Source: the human T2T-CHM13v2.0 reference genome, Homo sapiens. From it: a DNA stretch of 64,000 nt. The notes below the pieces were generated by a model, which worked only from the letters and a program-made list of their open reading frames with translations, had not been told where the DNA came from and did no database searches. Within the stretch, counting starts at the first letter, position 1; each line of letters opens with the position of its first letter. The stretch lies in NCBI RefSeq assembly GCF_009914755.1, contig NC_060933.1; one strand, written 5' to 3'. Made by a program: the position numbers and the translations under genes. This document shows, in pieces, positions 53,580 through 64,000 of the stretch.

Positions 53580-54791
53580 GCATGTGACCTTATTTCTGGG
53601 TCTGTGTTCTGTTCTACTGGTCTCTATGTTTTTGTAGACACATAGTCGTAGGCATGTGACCTTATTTCATGTTCTGTATTCTATTCAATTGTTCTATGTG
53701 TCTGTTTTTTACCAGTACCATACTGTTTTGGTTACTGTAGCCCTGTAGTATAGTTTGAATTTGGAGAGTGTGATGCCTCCGGTTTTGTTCTTTTTGCTTA
53801 AGATTGCCTTGGCTATTTGGGTTCTTTTTTGGTTCCATATGAATTTAAAAATAGTTTTTTTCTAGTTCTGTAAAGAATGTCATTAGTATTTAAATAGGAA
53901 TAGCACTGAATCTATAAATTGCTTTGGGCAGTATGGCCATTTTAAAAATATTGATTCGTCCTATCCATGAGCATGGAATGTTTTTCCATTTGTTTGTGTC
54001 ATCTCTGATTTCTTTGAGCAGTGTTTTGTAGTTCTCCTTATATAATTTTTTTACCTTTCTGGTTAGCTGTATTCCCAGGTATTTTTATTCTTTTTGTGGC
54101 AATTGTGAATGGGATTGCATTCCTGATTTGGCTCTTAGCTTGACTGTTTTTGGTGTATAAGAATTCTAGTGCTATTTGCACATTGGTTTTGTATCTTGAG
54201 ACTTTGCTGAAGTTGTTTATCAGTTTAAGGAGCTTTTGGGCGAGACTATGGGGTTTTCTGGATGTAGGATCATGTCATCTGCAAACAGAGGTAGTTTGAC
54301 TTCCTCTCTTCCTACTTAGATGCCATTATTTCTTTCTCTTGCCTGATTGCCCTGGCCAGGACTTCTAAAACTATGTCAAATAGGAGTGTGAGAGAGGGCA
54401 TCCTTCTCTTGTTCTGGTTTTCAAGGGGAGTGCTTCCAGCTTATGTCTATTCAGTATGATGTTGGCTCTGAGTTTGTCATAGATGGCTCTTATTATTTTG
54501 AGGTATGTTTCTTCAATACCTAGTTTATTGAGAGTTTTTAACATAAAGCGGTGTTTATTATTTTCAAGAGTCTTTTCTGCATTTACTGAGATAATCATGT
54601 GGTTTTTGTCTTTAGTTCCGTTTATGTGATGAATCACATTTATTGATTTGCATATGTTGAACCAACCTTATATCCCAGGGATAAAGCCTACTTTATCACG
54701 GTGGATAAGCTTTTTGATGTGCTGGTGAATTCCTTTTGCCAATATTTTGTTGAGGATTTTTGCATCGATGTTCATCAAGGATATTGGCCTG

Positions 54792-54793
<2 letters not shown>

Positions 54794-54832
<39 letters not shown>
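54794..54832. repeat. (GT)n microsatellite of about 19 units inside L1 ORF2
   Basis: Pure gt run. Confidence 0.95.
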
Positions 54833-54833
<1 letters not shown>

Positions 54834-55030
54834 CTGCCAGGTTTTGGTATCAGGATGATACTGGCCTCATAGAATGAGTTAGGGAGGAATCCCTCCTCCT
54901 CAATTTTTTGGAATGGTTTCAGTAGGAATGGCACCAGCTTTTCTTTATACATCTGGTAGAATTTGGTTGTGAATCTGTCTGGTCCTGGGCTTTTTTTGGT
55001 TGGTAGGCTATTTATTACTGACTCAATTTC

Positions 55031-55192
55031 TTATTTTTTAATATATATATTTTTTATTATACTTTAAGTGCTAGGGTACATGTGCAAAACATGCAGATTT
55101 GTTACATATGTATACATGTGCCATGTTGGTGTGCTGCACCCATTAACTCATCATTTTACATTAGGTATATCTCCTAATGCTGTCTATCCCCA
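55031..55192 (-). mobile_element. Severely 5'-truncated younger L1PA (PA3-5-like) 3' end
   Basis: tatacatgtgccatgttggtgtgctgcacccattaactc; TSD tcaatttc at 55023-55030 and 55193-55200. Confidence 0.85.
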
Positions 55193-55848
55193 TCAATTTC
55201 AAAGTTCATTATTGTTCTGTTCAGGGATTCAATTTCTTCCTAGTTTGGACTTGGGAGGGTGTATGTGTCCAAGAATTTATCCATTTCTTCTGGATTTTCT
55301 AGTTTATGTGCATAGAGTTGTTCATAATATTCTCTGATGGTTGTTTGTATTTCTGTGGGGTCAGTGGTAATATCCCCCTTGTTGTTTCTGATTGTGTTTA
55401 TTTGGGTCTTCTCTCTTTTCTTCTTTGTCTAGCTAGTGGTATATCTATTTTGTTAATTTTTTCAAAAAAGTAGCTCCTGGATTCATTCGTTTTTTAAATG
55501 CTTTTTTTTTCGTGTCTTAATATCCCTCAGTTCAGCTCTGATTTGGTTATTTCTTGTCTTCTGCTAGCTTTGGGATTTGTTTGCTCTTGGTTCTCTAGTT
55601 CTTTCAGTGGTGATGTTACATTGTTAAATTGAGATTTTTCCAACTTTTCAATGTGGGTATTTAGTGCTATAAATTTCCCTCTTAACACTGCCTTACCTGT
55701 ATCCCCAAAATTCTGGTATGTTATGTCTTTGTTCTCATTAGTTTCAAAGAACTTTTGATTTCTTTCTTAATTTCATTTATTTACCCAGAAGTCATTCAGG
55801 ATCAAGTCATTCAATTTCCATGCAATTGTATGGTTTTGAATGAATTTC

Positions 55849-57674
<1,826 letters not shown>

Positions 57675-60570
57675 GGTAGAGATTGTGTTGAGTCTCTAGA
57701 TCAGTTTGAAGAGTATTGCCACCTTAACAGTATTAAGTAGTCTGATTTATCAACATGGGATGCCTTTCTATTTACTTAGGTCTTCTTAAATTTCTTTCAA
57801 TAGTTTTCAAAATACAAGTTTTACACCTCTTTTGTTAAATGTATTCCTATGTATTTTTGGATACTATTATACATGGACTTGTTTTTTTAATTTCATGTTT
57901 GGGTTGCTCATTGCTAACTGTGTAGAAATACAGTTGATTTCCATATATTGATCTTGTATTGTGAAATCTTGCTGAACTCTTTTATTAATTTGAACAATTT
58001 TTTAGTGAATTATATATGATTTTCTATATACATGATCATGTTCTTTGTGAATAGACATAATTTTACTTCTCCATTCTATTATGAATGCCTTTTATTTCAT
58101 TTTGTTGCCTAATTGCCCTGGTTAGAATCTCCAATACAATGTTTCCTAGAAGTGGTGAATGTGGACATTCTTGTCTTGCTTCTAATCTTGGTTGAAAAGC
58201 ATTCAATCTTTCACCATTAAGTATGATTTTTAGCTGTAGAGATTTTGTAGATGCCTTTTACAAGTTGAGGAAGTTTCTTTCTATTCCTAGTTTGTTGAGT
58301 TTTTTTATATCATGAAGGAAGTTAGTTTTTGTCAGTGCTTTTTCTGCACCTATTGAGATAAACATGAGTTTTGTCTTTTATTCTGTCGATGTGGTGTATT
58401 ACATTAATTGATTTTTGAATGTTAAACAACCTTGCATTCATGAGGCAAATCCCACTTATTTATTCTGTATAATCCTTCTTATATGTTGCTGTATTCATTT
58501 TGCTAGTATTTTGTTGAGGATTTTTGCATCTATATTCATATGAGATATTGCTCTGAAGTTTTCTGTTTTGTGATTGCTTTATCTGGTATTGATTTTGTTA
58601 TCTGGATAATATTGGTTTCATAGAATGAAATGGAAAATGTTACCTTCTAGTCCATTTTTAAAAAGGGTTTATGAAATATTTCTTTAAATGTTTGATAGAA
58701 TTCACCAATGAAGCCATCTAAACTTGGGCTTTTCTCCACGGATTTTAAAATTAATAATTCACTCTTCTTACTTGTTATAGGTTCATTCAAATTTTCTTGA
58801 GAAAGGTTTGGGAAATTGTATCTTCCTAGGAATTCATCCACTTCATCTAAGTTGTCCGATTTATGGCATATAGTTGTTCATAGTGTGCTTTTATTATTTG
58901 TTTTTATTTCTCTTAGTAATGATTTAATCTCTTGCATTTCTAATTTTAGTACTTTGAGTCTTCAGTCTTTTGATCATGATCAGTTTAGCTCAAGCTTTGT
59001 CAATTTTGTTGATCTTTTCAAAGAACCAACTTCTGAAAACCATTGATTTTCTCTACTATTTCTTACTGTCTATTATTTTCTATTCAAATCTTTATCATTA
59101 CATTCATTCTGCTTGATTTGGGTTTAGTTTGCTCTACTTCCAGTTTCTTAAGATGGGAGGTTAGGTTATTGATTTGAGATAGTTTTCTTTTAAAATGTAG
59201 TCAACTACAATTATATAATTTCCTTGTGATTCTTCTTTGATACATTGGTTATTTAGAAGTGTGTTATATAATTTCTACATATTTGTGAATTTCTCAAATT
59301 ATTTCTGTTGTTGATTTCAAATTTAATTTTATTGTGGTTGGAGAGGATACTTTGATGATATTAATCCTTCTAAATTTATTGAGACTTGTCTTATGTCCTA
59401 GCACATGTTCCAGATGCACTTGAGAATAATGTATATTCTGCTATTGTTGGGTATAGTGATAGTACTATAGATGTCTATAGATGTCTGTTGGTGTAGTTGC
59501 TTTATAATGATTTTCATATTTTATTTTTACATTGATATTCTGATTGCTTGTTGCATCCATTATTGAAAATGAGGTATTGAAGTCTTCAACCACATTTGTT
59601 TAATTGTCAATTTCTCCCTTCATTTGTGTCAGTTTTTGGGTCTTTGTTGTTGGGTGTACATATGTTTATGATTGTTATGTCTTCCTGATGAATTAACTCT
59701 TTTATCTTTATGAAGTGTTCATCTTTATCTCTAGTTAAATTTTGTAATAAATTCTACTTTGTATGATTAGTATATCTACTGTAAGTCTCTTATGGTTTCT
59801 GTTTGCGGTATATCTTTTTTCATCATTTTTCTTTCACCCGATTTTTATCCTTAAATATAAAATTTGTCTCCTGTAGACATCACATAGTTGGATCTTGATT
59901 TAAAAAAATCCAATCTGATAATTTCTGCCTTTTGATTGCATTTTGTAATGCAACTTTATTTAATGTTATTAATATGGTTAGATTTATACCTGATATTTTC
60001 CTTTTGTTTTTTTATGTGCTTCATGTCTTTGTTCCTCTGTTCCTCATTTACTTCCTTCTTTTATACTAAATGGGTTTTTTCCTAGTCTAACTTTTAAATT
60101 CCTGTGATACTTTTTAAATTATACTTTTAAAAATTGTTTTTGTATTTATTGTTTTATGGTTTGCTATATACATATTAAATTATCTATGTCTATTTATATT
60201 TATACTAACTCAATTCCAGTGAAATATAGAAACTTTATTCCTATATAGCTTCATTCCACCTTCTCCTTTTTATACTAGTATTGTTATATATATTATGTCT
60301 ATATATGTGACAAATCCAACAACACATTGTTAAAATTATTATTATAATATTTTGTCTTTTAAAAAATCTGGGAATAAAGGAGAGCAAATATATATTTATT
60401 GAGTTTGTCATATTCTTTTCTTCCTCCTCCTCCTTCTTATTCTTCTTTCTTTTTCTTGTTCTGATTCTTTTCATTTCATCTCTTTCTCTGAATTCCAATT
60501 ACTGTCTGATGTCATTTCCTTGCTACAGTAGAACTGTGGTGACACTCACCTCTTTCATTCTATTATTATC
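57675..60570 (-). mobile_element. Old L1M body lacking its 3' end
   Basis: Degraded ORF2 (KSPSLDGFIGEFYQTFKE at 58647-58841) and tttgttgaggatttttgcatctatattcat. Confidence 0.8.
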
Positions 60571-60939
60571 TTCATTAGGAATTTTCAGACTTTCAAATTT
60601 CAAACAATGGTAAGATTTCAAATTTATTTTGGTAGCTGGCCAAGGATTGCCAACTTTTACTTTGTAATTATGGGCATCAAAAAGATATCCAACCAACTAT
60701 CCTTTACTATCATCATCATTTTATAAAGGAATGGATATTTTTACTACCACTTCCCTGACCAAGCAGAAAGGCTATAATCCAAGAGGAAGAACAATCATTC
60801 CTAGTAAAAGACAGCTGGAATTTTTACAATAACAGTTTTCCAGTGGACTGATGAAAACTTCATCACCAATCGGCATTTGGGAATTTTGGGCTTATGTAAA
60901 TAATATCATCATCTTCTTCAGCAACAAAAACAATTTTTT

Positions 60940-61160
60940 TGGTGCGTATTATGTGTGAGTTAGGCATTGTGCTAAGCACTCTATATTAACTCAATTACTA
61001 TGAAGATGGCCCAGGAGGTGGATACATTTATTATCATCAGTTTATAGGCAAGGAAACTGAGGCACAAAGATGTTGCATAACTTTCCAAAGGTTTCATAGT
61101 GGCAGAGCCAGGATTCAAACCTCAGAGTTCTAGCTCTAGTATCTGTACCATAAACTGCTG
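60940..61160 (-). mobile_element. MIR
   Basis: aggaaactgaggcacaaaga...ggcagagccaggattcaaacc. Confidence 0.75.
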
Positions 61161-61674
61161 CAATGTTCTATGGCAGGTTGGCTAAATGTGGTCCTAGACT
61201 GTGATGGGTTAATAGAAGTAACTCTCACTCAGACATCGGTTTTGTTAGGGACAGCAGAAAATGAAGTTCACTGGTGTGTCCCAGAGAGGGATACTTGGAC
61301 CTTGACTATGTGAGCAGTAGGTTGAATCAGATGATAGTGATGGTCTCCTTATGTGTGTTGAACCAGAGGGCACACTGATTGTATAGAAATATTAATAGAA
61401 CAAGGCAGGTTTGCTACCTAACCAGCTGCTGAAGACAAAAGTTTGGGAATAGTTTTTGACTTTCTCTTACTCTTATGTCCTCTCAATCGCTGAGTCTTAT
61501 TAACTCAACCTCCTAAATATTTTTCACATTCATCCCCTTGTCCTCATTTTCTTTGGCTCATTCCTATATCCTATGCACTAAATGGCTGGCCTAGATCATT
61601 TTAGCAGTCTTCTAACTGGTGTCGCTTCTCTACTCTTGTTTTTCTTCAATCCATTCATTCTGCACATGGACTGA

Positions 61675-62166
<492 letters not shown>

Positions 62167-62234
62167 TGCCACACCTCTTATTACACACTTTAAATGGTTT
62201 TCTTCTGCCGTCAAAACACTTAAAAAAAAAAAAA

Positions 62235-62582
<348 letters not shown>

Positions 62583-62694
62583 TAGCTATAAAAAATATTT
62601 GGTTTTCTCAAAAGGCTTTCTTAATGACTATTATTGAAAACAACCCCAAACTCATGTTTACACAGGTTTAAAAAGTGTAATCATGAAAGTTATA

Positions 62695-62900
62695 ACAGTC
62701 TTCTAGGGCTGCCATAACAAAGTATCACATACTGGGTGGCTAAGAACAAGATTGCCTGGGTTTTCAGCTTGCAAATGGCATATCATGGGACTTCTCGGCT
62801 TCTATAATCATGACAGCCACTCTCCATAATGAATCTTCTCTTGTATATCTATATCTGTATATTTTATTTTTTTCTGTTTCTCTGAAAAATCCTAATACAT
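62695..62900. mobile_element. MLT1 fragment joined to an MLT2-like LTR 3' end
   Basis: agggctgccataacaaagtatcacatactgggtggct (MLT1), then tcagcttgcaaatggcatatcatgggacttctcgg...tctgtttctctgaaaaatcctaataca (MLT2). Confidence 0.6.
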
Positions 62901-64000
62901 CACCTTTGTGTGGTTCTCTCTCTTTGAATCTGGGGTGGACCCGTGATTCTGTTGTAGGCAAATTTGAGCTAGAGAAAAATTTAAAGCTAGATATTATTCA
63001 ATTAGATCAAAACCTTTTGGTCAAGATGTTGGTAGCCAAGGGAAGTCTCTTCTCTTCTCTAGCCAGAATAAGAAGATACTTTTTTTTTATTTTATCCGGT
63101 CAGAAGTTTGTAAAATGACCCACATCTGCTCTTTCAGGAGCCAGAGTTCAACCTCTAAAGCTCTGAGTGATTAAGGAGCTTCATGGAACAATATAACCAA
63201 TTTCTGTTGGTACAGGTACATACTTTACAGGCTGTTTGTGAAAGTGAGACTATGAAGAACATGAATGAAAGTATCATATATTCTAAAGCACCTGTGGATT
63301 AAGTTGGTGAAAGGTGAAATTTCTTTCGATCATGAGTTAATAATATCTTCTGCTTAAAAATTAGAAACTTTACCCGGAGGTTTTTGAATACTTAAAAAGC
63401 ATCCACATACATATGGTCAAAGTGATAAAAGACATGTTTTCTTATCTGAGTGCAATGACATCTTAAAAGGCTTCTTTTGTTATGTTTAAACTTGCATGTC
63501 AAAAACTTATTCTCTGCATACAATTTATTCTCTATTTATTCAATGTTACTGTACAGTGATGTTGATATAGAACGAGACGGCACACTTTTAAGTTCTAAAC
63601 TACAATTGTTGGATAAGAATCTTGACAGTGCCAACTAATCGCTTCTGATTGGTGCCGTGTTGATATTGGCTGATGACATAAAGCCATGTTGCAATATTCT
63701 AATCCATCACCTGGCATAAGAGGCATTTTATCTTGGGCTTCATGGGAAAAGAATCCATTTACATCTGTGTTTCAAAGTGAGATTTCCCAGGAGTGTGACT
63801 GTCTCAACCTGCCACCCATCTCTTTATAAGGAGGGATCACAACAGGCAATCTAAAAATTAAAGAGATGGCAACATGTTTCTGTCGAGGTACTTTTATTCA
63901 GAGCATTTACCCTTGTTATCTTTCAAATCTTTCTTTGGAATTATGTGATCTCCATCATGTGAAAAAATCTAGGCCTAGATAAAGATCCTCATAAAATGGC

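Larger units (their letters stand above)
51330..55848 (-). mobile_element. L1PA12/13-like element (3' UTR plus degraded ORF2) with nested MLT2A, (TG)n and a short L1PA
   Basis: 3' UTR gtcatgggggtttgttgtacagattatttcatcacccaggtattaagcctagt. ORF2 peptides at 52038-52289 and 54371-54952. Confidence 0.92.

Overview
This is primate, most likely human, genomic DNA from the 9p24.3 DMRT cluster. The first ~5.2 kb holds the 3' half of DMRT2 on the + strand: a CpG-rich intron, a 103-nt coding exon, a 78-nt stop-containing cassette exon, the large terminal coding exon, the 3' UTR and a polyA signal. The DM-domain exon lies upstream of the window. The remaining ~59 kb is repeat-rich intergenic DNA: about 20 Alus, several nested L1PA/L1M elements, MER4A, MLT2A and MLT1 LTRs, Tigger2, MER1B, MER5A and MER20 DNA transposons, and CR1/L2/MIR relics. 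Apart from DMRT2, the ORF-track entries are Alu/L1 remnants or low-complexity artefacts. I found no support for a wholly new gene system. The best leads are (i) a multi-template insertion inside an L1M stitched from local DNA on both sides plus an inverted flank copy, (ii) an Alu-Alu recombination tandem duplication with a triplicated TSD, (iii) DMRT2 intron splicing oddities, (iv) a fold-back-derived VNTR inside an MLT2A LTR, (v) CpG-retaining Alus and a GC-shifted U6 retrocopy, and (vi) a chimeric L1 junction implying a deletion. Repeat subfamily names come from recalled consensus sequences read by eye, and boundaries of old repeats are approximate.
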